Source: Ginglymostoma cirratum
Lineage: Eukaryota
NCBI GenBank assembly: GCA_024137785.1
Contig: JAHRHZ010000018.1
Span: 32,281,307 to 32,345,306 of the forward strand
DNA length: 64,000 nt
Reading direction: 5' to 3'
Position 1 is the stretch's first letter; each line of letters starts with the position of its first letter. The notes beneath the pieces were generated by a model. That model was not told the DNA's origin. It searched no databases and was given only the letters and a program-made list of their open reading frames with translations. Shown here piece by piece: positions 25,733-37,212 of the stretch. A program made the position numbers and the translations under genes.

Positions 25733-27480
25733 CTTAATTTTTCTTTGTTTAATGACGTATCTAAAACAGAAAAGTTTGCTTGTGTGGCTTTGTTTAATTA
25801 AAGATGCTTCACATGGCCCAAAATTCACCAACTAAGATGAATGTTTAACACTAGCTAATTGTATCTTGATATACTGCATCTCCGCAAGTTCTTTATTTTG
25901 GGTGAATTGAAATCCTGACAACACAACATTTTAAATTGATGACTTGTTGTATGTCCACATGTCTTTTTTGTAAAGAAAATGAAAGTCAATAAGATTGACA
26001 TCTGAGGAACTTAAGAAAAATGTTTTTAGCACAGTTATTTTTGCAAGCTAGTGCACCACAATCCTTGTTTTATTGCCCTGTACTAATTTATTATATTTCA
26101 AAACAGAGTATTCAGTAAATAAAGATTAAAACATTAGGAAACATTTAAGATTGTATTGTATGAAATACAGTCTTTTGAAATTGTATTTTTTATGGTTAAA
26201 ACTTTTTGGATTTGACAGCATTAACTCCTGGTTGTACAAGTCAAAAACCTGATCCCGAGGAAGTGCACTTAATTTAGTTCCAAAATACACCTTTTTGAAA
26301 CACCAGTAGGACAGAAAATTAAACTTAATTTATTAGATATTTTCAATTTATTGCATATAATTTGAATTTTGTAAAATATAACATTGCTGAAAATGAGATA
26401 GTTGCTGCATTTTATTGGTTTTCGTACCAAAGAGGTGCACTTGGTCTAGGATAACTCCAGATAATCTTGCTGTTGATTAAAAGTTCAATAAAGTTAAATA
26501 CCTGATCTCAGCTAATCAAAACCTGTCATTACTCCTACCTTTTTAAACACGTATTTATAAAATGATTAGTAGTTACTAAAATGTGGCAATTGCTGCATTT
26601 TAGTAGCAAACAGATATTTTAAATTCATGATGTTACATTTCTTTTAAACTGAGATGATTATCTCCTAAGGTACAAGTAGTGAGTCCCGTTCACACAGAGA
26701 TGAACATCACTAAGGGTACATTCATCGTGTTATCAAATCAATGTTATTAAGATTATTGAGAATGATGGCCAGTAATAGGTCCTAGGACAGTTATTTTCAA
26801 GCCAGGAGATCATGGATCTGAGTTGTAATGGTATCCATAACTGGATACTACTGTACACCTTTGAGTATGAACTTTTAGTTTTCAGTCTAGCCAGTAGATT
26901 GAATAGTGGAACACAATAGAATACTTTCTGTGAGGGGAAAGTGGCCAGGCTAGCCCAGGCACAATTGCCTTACTTTAGAAATGTGCCTCCAGTTGGCTGT
27001 TGGCAGAAGGCCATTAACCATGATCATATATTAGAAGACAGTCCACAGAATCATTCTCTCCCAGCAAAAAGCACATGCAAATTGTGCCATGTAGGGAAAT
27101 AGTGGGAGTTGGTGTGGGAATTTTTCAAATAGTTAATTTTTATTAAAAATGGCTTGAGACTGTATTGATATGCATTAATTCTTTTTCAGTGTAAGATGTT
27201 TAAAAATACTAAAATGAAATTATACTGTAATTTGTAGAAGATAGCACAAAGAAGAACCTATAAAACCTCAAAGTAGTTTACTGTATATAATGTCATGAAT
27301 TTTGTCTTATTTTAGTTTTAGTTTGTAGGATGTGTAACAACTGTGCATGTACAGTCAGAGCTTCCTTATTTATCTGTTAAGTCAGACATTCTGCATGTAC
27401 TTTAAGCAGTATTTTTAGTGTGAGAAATTGTGTGCTTGCTCCTTTTGCTGTATTAAACTTCTATCTGGAAATACATTTTT
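25733..27480 (+). other. RCOR3: RCOR3 3' UTR (end inferred)
   Basis: AT-rich stretch with no recognised repeats after the stop. Candidate poly(A) signals: AATAAA 26118-26123 and 26487-26492, and ATTAAA 27452-27457 followed by a T-rich tract. Confidence 0.6.
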
Positions 27481-27829
27481 TGTATTTTATAAAGTTTTGT
27501 TTAATAGGTTGAAGTTAACACAGTGTTATAATTAGACTTTACCACTTTATATTGGAACCCCTTGCTCTCCGCAAACAGTTAATTCTATAGCTGAAAATTT
27601 ACAACTGAATATCGCACAGCAAAATGTTTTCTAGTTCCTGTAGTTTTGCTCAAGTCTGTGTAATTTTGTTCTTGGAGTGACAAACCTTTTTGCAAGAAAG
27701 ACAGAAACTAAGCTTCCAAAATAGGGGCAGGAGTAAGACATTGGACCCACATTGCATTCAACATGGTTGTGGTTGATTCTCTGTCTCAACACAGCTCTCT
27801 GTTTGCGCACCTTGACACTTCTAGTATTT

Positions 27830-28115
27830 AGAAATCTTACCTGTTTCTCACACATATTCAGTGACTTGTCCTCCACAGCCACATGCTGTAGAGAAATTCA
27901 CAGATTCACCACGCTCTGAAAAAATTTCTCTTTGTCCCAGTCCAACATAGCCCTTCGTATATTCTGAGACCATGACCCATTATTCTGAACCCCCTGAGCA
28001 GTGAAAACATGCATCAAAATTTTATGTTTCAATGAGACCCCCTCTCATTCATCTAAACTGTAAGTAATACAATACATCAGAAAAATCTTTCCTCATAAGA
28101 CAAACCTGCCATCTT
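27830..28115 (-). mobile_element. CR1 3' fragment
   Basis: tccacagcc...gagaaattcacagattcaccacgctctg...aatgagaccccctctcattc: a reverse CR1 ORF2 end. Confidence 0.6.
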
Positions 28116-28121
28116 AGATTT

Positions 28122-28730
28122 GGGAAAGTTTCCCCATTTGGACATTGTCATTCACACTGACCCTGATTTGTGTGAATGAGGAGATATATTGATTTAGGTT
28201 TGGCAGTATGTTGTTTTCTGATGATTTAGGCTGATTTATGTCTTTATAAAATTCAGACACTTTCTGATAATTGGGAAGATGCCTGGGTGTAACTTGTAAA
28301 TTGGATGCAAACATTTAAAAGATTGCAAGATTTTGGGTATGAGTTACATATTCAATGACAATGTGACAACATGCTCTCCACTTTTTAAAAGTTTATGTTC
28401 ATAATCAACCAATTGAAACAAATTTCTACTCGCAGTCCCCAGCGCTCAAATCTAAGTGCTTTCCCAATGACAGATTAATCTGTTTCTTAGCCTGCATCTA
28501 TATGGTAAAATAATTATAACATTAAAGACTGGAAAGCTTTTACATTTGGAGGCTGTCAGTCACACTCTATCTGAATTTGCATGAATGAGAGAGACTATTA
28601 TACTGTTTTGGATTTGACATTTTATTGTTTTCTGATTTTCAGGCTGATTTATGCCCAAGTAAAGTTCAGGTGCATTCTGAGTTTAGAAGATATTTGTGTG
28701 TAACTTGGTATCTACAAATTGGCTGTAATT
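28122..28730. repeat. Diverged local direct duplication (about 200-bp unit, offset about 410 bp)
   Basis: 28122-28320 and 28531-28730 share collinear blocks: ggaaag..catttgga, tgtca.tcacact, tgaatgag, ttgttttctgat, aggctgatttatg, gtgtaacttg, aaattgg. Confidence 0.75.
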
Positions 28731-29463
28731 TTCAATATAATTTGAATTACACCGAAGGAAACTCCAGGTATGGATTGCATTAACAAAAAGAAATCAAAGT
28801 TGAGTTCCACAGATGTCAGGGTATGTATAAAATCCAAGAAAACATAAGAGTAGCAAGGATGAGACCACACTAAAACAGAGGTAGAAATGTTCATAAAGAA
28901 TTTTTAAGAAAGCAGAAACTTAACATTTTGGTAATGAATAAATCAGCAATTTGCATTTGTTAAATAAGTGGTGATTATGAGACAGATGCATCACTGCAAT
29001 CCAGATTGAGATGACAATGGTGGATTGATGAAGGAAAGTTGATGAAATGATTGGAAAACGAAGTGTGGATGTGAAGGATGGTACGGATTTCAGTTAGCAA
29101 GAATCATCGTGTACTCACATTTCCTTTTGTGGTTAGGCCACTGAAATGCTTCTGTAATTGCATCAAGGAACAGGCACAATCTTGCTGCTCTACACCCTAC
29201 TACTTGCAATCATTGTCAATGATAACCAGACGTTTCTTCTGCTCATTTCTGGGGAATGTATGCGCTTCCTGCTCCTGACTACCTGCAGTAGTGATTTCGG
29301 TCATGCATCATTGAACATAGTTGCTATCCTTGTTTGACAAGCTTTAATTTTCATTGATACGTTGTCCCTTGAATACAACTGAGATTGCTTCATGTGGAAG
29401 TACATCACACTTACTATGAATCTTGGCAATGTAAAACGTAGAAGTTAAAATTGTTTCAAGTTA

Positions 29464-29783
29464 GGAACAAAAACATCAGTTGCTGGAAAAGCTCAGCAGG
29501 TCTGGCAGCATTGGTGAAGAAAAATCAGAGTTAACGTTTTGGGTCAGGTGACCCTTCTACAGAACTGATGGTATTGGAATGGAAATCCCATTGGAGAGAG
29601 GATGTTTCTCTCGGACAGGATTTCTATTCCAATACCATCAGTTCTATTGAAGGGTCACTTGACCCGAAATTTTAATTAACTCTGATTTTTCTTCACAGAT
29701 GCTGCCAGACCTGTTGTGCTTTTCCAGCAACTTCTGTTTTTGTTCCTGATTTACAGCTTCTGCAGTTCTTCTGGTCTTTGTTT
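29464..29783. mobile_element. Fold-back Penelope terminus (family A variant), about 280-bp hairpin
   Basis: 29464-about 29600 pairs with about 29606-29746 almost to the centre. Each arm has a degenerate hammerhead; a one-sided tail runs 29747-29783. Confidence 0.88.
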
Positions 29784-30089
29784 CAGTTTAGTCCTGATTG
29801 TCAATTGAAACTCATTGAGTTGACTACTGGGCTTCACGAACACAGTTCTCCACCACACTGAATGTGAGTTACACATACAGGCATTTTGAGCTTAATTAGA
29901 ACATGTCCAAGACTAACCAGAATAAAAATGGAAGAGAAAATTAAAGCAATGGGTCATAGGCAACATATCAATGCCTTTTTTTAAAAGAAACTCCAGAAGA
30001 TTCTGTGTTCCTATTTGTTTTTGAAATACATTTTTTTTCATGCTGAGAGGAATAAAAGTAAGCTACCTCAATGAGCTTGCCTTGAATGA

Positions 30090-31485
30090 CATACTAGTCT
30101 CATTATACACTTTGGTAAATGGAAAAATTATAGTTGGCAACATGAAACAGATTCATGTAGAATACATTGACTTTATTCAGGGAAATTAATAGGTAGATTC
30201 AAGAATATTGGCCTTGCTAAGGGCAGTGGAACAACCAATAGAGGAAAAAGAAACTGAAATGTTACAGGAGGAACATTCTCGGTTGTTTCCTGACTCGGTT
30301 GTAACTAGATCTCAGACCCTTAGCATTTGACTGGAACAACATGATATGGAAATTCCATCATCAGATATAATATCCAAAAATGTAACTCAAAAAGGTGAAA
30401 GTAAAAAGAATGAGGCTGATATGTTAAGCTCGCCTTCTTTAATAGTAATGCAACAAACAGATTCTGAACTGAAAGAGATATACCAACAACATACTGAGAA
30501 ATTGAATCAGAAACAATATCTGAATACTATTATGTGAAAAACAAATTATTAATGAGGAAATAGAGACATCTCAAATATCAGCCAATGAAGAATGGGAGGG
30601 TGATAGTTGCATGCGAGTATTGTAACAAATTCTTACAAATTCCAATGGCTATTAGGAAAATATGTAGTCAAATTTTGCCAGAAATGCTGTTCATGTCAGG
30701 CAGAGGGGAAACACCAACCATCAATTAAGTCAGCACCTTTAATTCTGATGCTAACTTTGAAAAACTGTTTAGCAGGATCTTAATATGTTGTGTAGGATTC
30801 CTACTAAAGTCAGGAAAAGGAATTTGTATCTTTTAATGATTATGGATATTTCCTTTAGGGAAAAAAAACTGCAAAAATTCTAGTGGAAAAGTAGAAAGCC
30901 AATTTCTTTTTTCCATATATGGATTACCCAAAGAAATACAATCTTATTAAGATTCAAATTTTAGTTTGCAAATATTCAAAAAACAATAGTTAGTTTGGGA
31001 ATAAAACAATCTATATCTACTGCTTATCACCCACAATCTCAAGGTGCTTTGGAAAGATGGCATGATTAGAGCTTATTGTCAAGAATGTCCTGATGATTGA
31101 GATTAAAAAAATTATTTTCCATTAGGGATGTTCCTAATATGTCCACAGGATTTAGTCATTTTGAAATAATATATGGACAGGAAGTGAGAGGACCACTTAA
31201 TTAAAGACAAATTGATAAATCCAAGTTCAGAGACTTCAGTTCTAGCCAATGTTTCAAATTTCAGAGAAAAACTGACCAAAATATGTGAGTTGACTAAAAA
31301 GCATTTGAAAAGTGTGAAAAATACAATGAAAATTAAAGGAGATTAAAAAGCTACAGTTCAAAATTTTGATGATGGCAACAAAGTGTTAGTGTTGTTATAT
31401 GTCTCTGTGGAATCATTCAAAACAAGGTTCATTGGACCTTATCAAATCAAAACTAAGCTCAATGATATGAATATGTAGTGAGTAT
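30090..31485 (+). mobile_element. Decayed Gypsy LTR retrotransposon pol fragment, Gmr1-like (integrase directly after the protease region)
   Basis: Frameshifted motifs FPDSVVTRSQ, QQTDSEL, YGLPKEIQS, TAYHPQSQGALERWH, TGFSHFEIIYGQEVRGPL and RFIGPYQI (GPY/F). Confidence 0.8.
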
Positions 31486-31495
31486 ATGTAGGAAA

Positions 31496-31590
31496 TTTCT
31501 GAAGAAGGGTCTAGGCCCAAAACGTCAGCTTTCCTGCTCCTATGATGCTGCTTGGCCTGCTGTGTTCATCCCACTCTACACCTTGTTATG
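31496..31590 (+). mobile_element. Solo Penelope terminus (family B) with hammerhead, GAAA mutated to AAAA
   Basis: CTGAAGA-a-GGGT-ctag-GCCC-AAAA-C-GTC at 31499-31526; near-identical to 21741-21833. Confidence 0.85.
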
Positions 31591-33270
31591 TCAAATGTCA
31601 AGGTGTGGTGGTTAGATTGTCTCTTATTCGCGATGGTCGTAGCCTGGCATTTGTGTGGCATGAATGTCATTTACCACTTGTCAGCTCAAGCCTGGATATT
31701 GTTCAGATCTTGTTACATTTGGACATGGACTGCTTCACTATCTGAGGCGTTGTGAATGGTGCTGAAAATTGTGCAATCATCGGTGAACACCCCACTTCTG
31801 ACCTCGTGACGGAGGGAAGGTCATTGATGAGGCAGCTGAAGATGGTTGGGCTGAGGATACTACCCTGAGGAACTCCTGCAGAGATGTCCTGCAGCTGAGA
31901 TGACTGACCTCTATCAACCATAACCACTGCCAGGCATGACTCCAACCAGAGAAGAATTTGCTCCCGTTACCCTTGATTCCAGTTTTGCTAAGGTTGCTTG
32001 ATGCCACACTTGATCGAATGCAGCCTTGGTTTCAAGGGCTGTCACTCTCACCTCACCTCTGGAATTCAGCTTTTTTGTCCATGTTTGAACCAAGGCTGTC
32101 ATGACATCAGGAGCTGAGTGGCCCTGGCGGAACCCAAACTGGGTGTCAATGAGCAGGTTATTGTTGAGCAGGTACTGCTTGATAGTGCTGTTGATGACAC
32201 CTTCCATCACTTTACTGATAATTGACAGTAGACTTGTTGAAGACTGGTATCTGTAATGCTGAGGACCACTGAAGGAGGCTGAGATGGTTCTTCCACTTGG
32301 CACTTCTGGCTGAAGATTGCTGCGAAAGCTTCAGCTTTATCTTTTGCACTGATGTGCTGGGCTCTTCCATCATCAAGGATGGGGATAATTCCAGAGCCTC
32401 CTCCTCCAGTGAGTTGTTTAATTGTCCACCACCATTCATGACTGGATGTGGCAGGAGTTCAGAGCTTAGGTCTGATCCGTTGGTTGTGGGATCACTTAGC
32501 TCTGTCTATCGCTTGCTGCTTTCGCTGTTTGGCATGCAAATGGTCCTGTTTGGTGGCCTCACCAGGTTGACACCTCATATTCAGGTATGCCTGGTGCTGG
32601 GCCTGGCATGCCCTCCTGCACTCTCCATTGAACCAGGGTTGATCCCCTGGGGGATATGCCGGGCCATGAGGTTACAGGTTGTGCTGCGGTACAGTTCTGC
32701 AGCAGTTGATAGCCCACAGCGCCTCATGGATGCCCAGTCTTGAGTTGCTAGGTCTGTTCAAAGTCTGTCCCATTTAGCATGGTGATAGTGCCACACAACA
32801 CGATAGAGGTTATTCTCAATGTGAAGGTGGGACTTTGTCTCCATAAGGAATGTGCAGTGGTCACTCTTATCAATACTGTCATGGACAGATGCACGTGCAA
32901 GGTGTGAGGTTAAGTATGCTTCTCCCTCTTGTTGGTTCCCTCACCACCTGCTGCAGACGCAGTCTAGCAGCTACGACCACCTCGATCAGTAGTATTGCTG
33001 CCAAGCCACTCTTGGTGCGGACATTGAAATATCCCAGCCAGAGTATATTTTGTGCCCTTGCCATCCTTAGTGCTTCCTCTAAGTGTTGTTCAACACTGAG
33101 GAGTACTGATTCATCAGCTGAGGGAGGGCAGTACGTGGTAATCAGCAGAAGGTTTCCTTCCCCATGTTTAACCTGCAGCCACAAGACTTCATGGGGTCCA
33201 CGGACAATGTTGAAGACTCCCAGGCCAACTCCATACTGACTGTATACCACTGTGCCACCACCTCTGCTGC
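31591..33270 (-). mobile_element. CR1-group LINE (APE endonuclease plus RT) fragment
   Basis: Minus-strand peptides VREPTRGRSIL, QFGFRQGHSAPD, AAFDQVWHQATLAKL and AGVPQGSILSPTIFSCLINDLP. Same family as 37213-40050. Confidence 0.9.
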
Positions 33271-33271
33271 A

Positions 33272-33870
33272 GTGGATGTGGAGAAGATGTTTCCACTAGT
33301 TGGAGTAAGGAAGACCCGAGGGCATTGCCTCAGAGTGAAGGGACGACCTTCTGTAACTGAGATAGAGTCATAGAGTCTTACAGGATGGAAAGATACACTT
33401 TGGTTCGACTCGTCCATGCCGAGCAGGTTTCTCAAACTAAAGTTGACTGCATTTTGCCCATATCCCTCTAAACCTTTCCATTCAGATTCCTGTCCAAATG
33501 TCTTTTAAATGTTGTAGCTGTATCTGTATCTACCACTTCCTCCGACAGTTCATTCCCTATATGCACCACCCTTTAAGTGAAAATGTTTCCCTCAGGTCCC
33601 TTTTTAATCTTTTTCCTGTCACCTTGAAAATATGAGGAGGAATTTCTTCAGTCCTATGATGGTGAATAAATGGAATTCATTCCTGCAAAAGGTTGCAGCA
33701 GCCAAGTCATTGATTGTATTTAAGACAGAGACAGGTAGGTTCTTGGTTGGTAAGGGGATCAAGGGTTCTGGGAAGAAGGCAGGAGAATGGAGTTTAGAAA
33801 CAAATCAGCCATGATATTGGCTGATCCAATGCACCAAATGGCCTAATTCTGCACCTATGTCTTATGGTCT
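33272..33870 (+). mobile_element. CR1 3' end interrupted by an inverted CR1/HER1-like 3' end (about 33365-33632)
   Basis: VDVEKMFPLVGVRKTRGHCLRVKGRP continues as MRRNFFSPMMVNKWNS after a reverse tail starting atagagtcatagag. Confidence 0.75.
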
Positions 33871-34185
33871 AAGATTGGTGTGGAGCGAAGCAGCCTGTAA
33901 GGTAAGTGAGGTAGAAGAGGGGTGGGGATTTGCTGCAATGGAGTAAGCAGTTTTAAACCTATTAAACAAAATCTTTATCTAACTTCACTCCAACTGAGGC
34001 TTTAAATCATTGAGGTAAATAAATATGAAATCTCTAGTTTGAGGCTGTATAGGCTCAGGAGCTACTGTACTTGGCAGGGATAGCGGAATGGAAGAATGTA
34101 GAGAATCCTACTATAATAAGCTCTGTGTTCATTTTCAATTTAATTCTGAGGTACTGTAAAAATGGTAGTAACTTCATGGTTAAAA

Positions 34186-34290
34186 CTCTTGTGGCAGAGT
34201 GGCAGTGTCCTTGCCCAGGAGACCAGAATTCAAGTCCCACCTGCTCCAGAAGTTTGTATTAACATCTCTGAACAGCTTAGTTAGAAGAGT
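34186..34290 (+). mobile_element. Short tRNA-derived SINE
   Basis: gtggcagagtggcagtgtcc...aattcaagtcccacctgctccagaag...aacatctctgaacag. Related copies at 41755-41858 (+) and 49195-49290 (-). Confidence 0.7.
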
Positions 34291-34512
34291 AGATTAAATA
34301 AAAAGAAAGTTCTAACATTGTGCATATATGATGGACATACACCAGTTGTGATCTCACCTGTCTGTGGAATATGTATTTAGCCTAATTTTATTTGGTGAGT
34401 GGAACTGTGTATCAATTATTTTGGAAAAAAACATTGCTGCTCTCTTGTCTTTATTTTTTCTTTGTTCATTTTCTTTATCAAGTTAAATACAGGGTTATCT
34501 AGGAAATGAATG

Positions 34513-34617
34513 CCATGATGTGGAGGTGCCTTCATGCTGAAGGAGCAGTGCTACAAAAGCTTGTGATTTCAAATAAACCTGTTTGACTATTGCCTGGTGT
34601 CATGTGACTTCTGACCT
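34513..34617 (+). mobile_element. Short Penelope-terminus insertion (family E) with degenerate hammerhead and perfect 13-bp TSD
   Basis: taggaaatgaatg at 34500-34512 and 34618-34630. Inside, tgctga-a-GGAGC-agt-GCTAC-AAAA-gctt is read as a decayed CTGATGA...GAAA. Confidence 0.7.
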
Positions 34618-34878
34618 TAGGAAATGAATGGTTTCATTGTGCGTTGTGGTTTCAGATTAATACTATTGATTATTACTGAGGATATTGATTGAACTCTTCT
34701 CTTTCTGTATCTGTGTGAGTCAACACATGTCATACAGAAGGTACTGTTAGTATATGGTTGCAACACCCAAAAATTGAGTTAGTGAGAATAAAAAAGTAGT
34801 CCCTGAAAATCAGAAAGTAGCCCTCAAAAGTCTGAAGAGGAGTCTACAAAATAAAATTATTTTGAAATAAAATATTAA

Positions 34879-35097
34879 CTCTACCTATCGTTTACTCCCT
34901 ACCTGCTCCCTCCAACCTACCTTCTACGTATAAACTGACATTTTCCAAGCCACCATCAGTTCTGACGAAGGGTCACTGGACCCATAACATTAACTCTGAT
35001 TTCTCACCACAGACACCTCCAGATTTGCTGAGCTTTTCCAGCAATTTCTGTTTTTGTTTCTGATTTACAGCATACGCTGTTCTTTCGGTTTTAATTT
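34879..35097 (+). mobile_element. Penelope terminus (family A) with degenerate hammerhead
   Basis: CTGACGA-a-GGGTC-actg-GACCC-ataa-catt from 34962, followed by the family A body and tail. Confidence 0.8.
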
Positions 35098-36087
35098 GAA
35101 ATTATTTTGACTTTTGGTCATGACAGAAATTGGCTCATCATAGTAAATTTGTTAACTCATGAGCACAGCCCAGAGCAGGTAGACTGAGACAAAGACCACA
35201 GAGGGAAAGAATCTTGCCAAGAGAAGGAAGAATCCAGCCAAGGAGATTCATTACAAGCAGAGAAGCAGGGCTGTTGCTTTTATTAGTGGATACTAACTTC
35301 ACTACGGGGGATAGACAACACCTTTGGCTGAATAAACCAAAAATCTGCTGTTGCATGGATTAAGCTACTGTGGGTTCATCACCAGGAAATTTCAGGCCCC
35401 ATTGTTTTAGGTGAATTAAGAGAATACTTAAGTCTGCTGGCTTCTAACCACCATCTTGGGAACTGCTAACTGAAGTGACTTTTTTCTTGAATCTTTACAA
35501 AATCTAAGAAAATGCTTCTACTCTTCTAATCACCTTTTTCTTGTGTGTGTCTTAAATGAATAAATGTTGGATGTTGTTGCATTTACACTTCAGGAGTTGA
35601 GAAAATTAATATTTATTGTTTCTTTTCAAGAGAGCCTGTATTGTGCCTGTCCTTGAAAGACAGGGAGCTCAAAGGCTTAAAACATTTCTAATTTAAAATC
35701 CATTTCTCGTTGCAGTCAGTTGGAAATTTGAAAAAGCAGAGATTATCTCTGTTCCCTTTCATAACATTGGGCATTATTCAACCACGTAGGTTCTTTGGAC
35801 AATCTAGTTATGTCATGGTCAGTATTACTGAGTCTAGCTTTTAATTGCAAATGTGAATATAAATTCCATTGCATGTCCAAATGTTTAGATGACTAATCCA
35901 GTAACATTATCACTGGCAATCATGTATTATTTGTTTGAATGGCCAGTCATTTTATTCTCAATTACTGATTCTAACAGCTTCCCACAACAGATGTAGTTGT
36001 GACCCCCATTGTTTCCATTCCAATTTGTTCCTCATTCTATGTTTGCAGTCCTGTTTGGTGTCTAACCCATTTCTGCTTATCCACAGG

Positions 36088-36350
36088 ACCATAGGAATAG
36101 ACCATTCAGCCCCTTGAGCCTGTTCCACCATTCAGTGAGATCATGGGTGATCTGTATTCTAACTCTATGTAAATGCTTTTGGCTCATATCCCTTAATACC
36201 TTTGCTTAAATAAAAAAATCTATCTCAAATTTAAAATTAATAACTGATCTAGTATCAACTGCCCATTTGTGGAAGGTAGTTCCAAACTTCTACCACCCTT
36301 TGTGTGTAGAAGTGCTTCCTAACATTTCTCCTGAATGGTTGGCCCTAACT
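36088..36350 (-). mobile_element. CR1 3' end
   Basis: ccattcagccccttgagcctgttccaccattcagtgagatcatgg...ttccaaacttctaccaccct. Confidence 0.65.
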
Positions 36351-36764
36351 TTTACTCGTCTCTTTCCTCAGTGAGCACCATTTCATCTATCGTGCCCATT
36401 ACATTGCTGCCAAATTCCTAACTCCAGCTTTACTTGCGTTTGAACTTCTTTCTCTCATCTCAGCTTCTCCTTTCCACATAGACCCTAGTCAGTCTCTATC
36501 TGTCCCAATCTCTTTCTCACTATGAACATCAGTCTCATCTCAGCTAGAAACTATGCTGCCACTGTCTTTTTTGGTTTCTCTCACAAAGGTGGAACAAGCA
36601 AAGTATTACAACATGTCACACTCCTCCTCCATATCTCAAATGAAAGCTAAGTCCATAAAAAAAGAGCAGAAGAGAAAAAAAATAATGAAAAAGGTGTAAT
36701 TAGGCAAAGCAACAGCACAGCGACAAATGTCTGGCAGTTCTGACAGCAATTCTGATGGACAGCC

Positions 36765-36883
36765 ACCAGACCAAAACATTAACTCTGCTTTCTTCCCACA
36801 GATGCTGCCAGACCTGCTAAGTTTCTCCAGCAATTTGTTTTCATTTCAGATCTCCAGCAACACCAGTTCTTTGTTTTATTTCA
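36765..36883 (+). mobile_element. Truncated Penelope terminus (family A)
   Basis: accaaaacattaactctgctttcttcccacagatgctgccagacctgctaagtttctccagca. Confidence 0.75.
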
Positions 36884-37212
36884 GCACGCTGAAAGAACAC
36901 GACAGCAGGAGGAAAGCAAACACATATTCACAATCAGTGTCATGAGCAAATTTTAAAAATCCGCCGGTTCATTTTGCTGCTTTCATTCACCTAGACCCTC
37001 TCCGTCAGGTGGTACAATTCCTTTTTTCGACTCATCCAGTTTTTCAGGTCTTTGCTCCAACTTTACACTCTCCTTAAAACCTATATCTTAAGTGCTTGAT
37101 CCCCATTCCTAAATTCTTCTGCTTTTGCTAGTTGACCTTTTGTTTCTTATACCTCTATGTGAAGACCTTTTGGAATTTTTTGCTCTTCATGTGCTACAAA
37201 AATGTAAGTTAC

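Noticed and set aside
35110-35766. Candidate LTR for the Gypsy relic, ending ...cataaca
   Set aside because: No second copy, clear TG start, PBS or PPT in the window.
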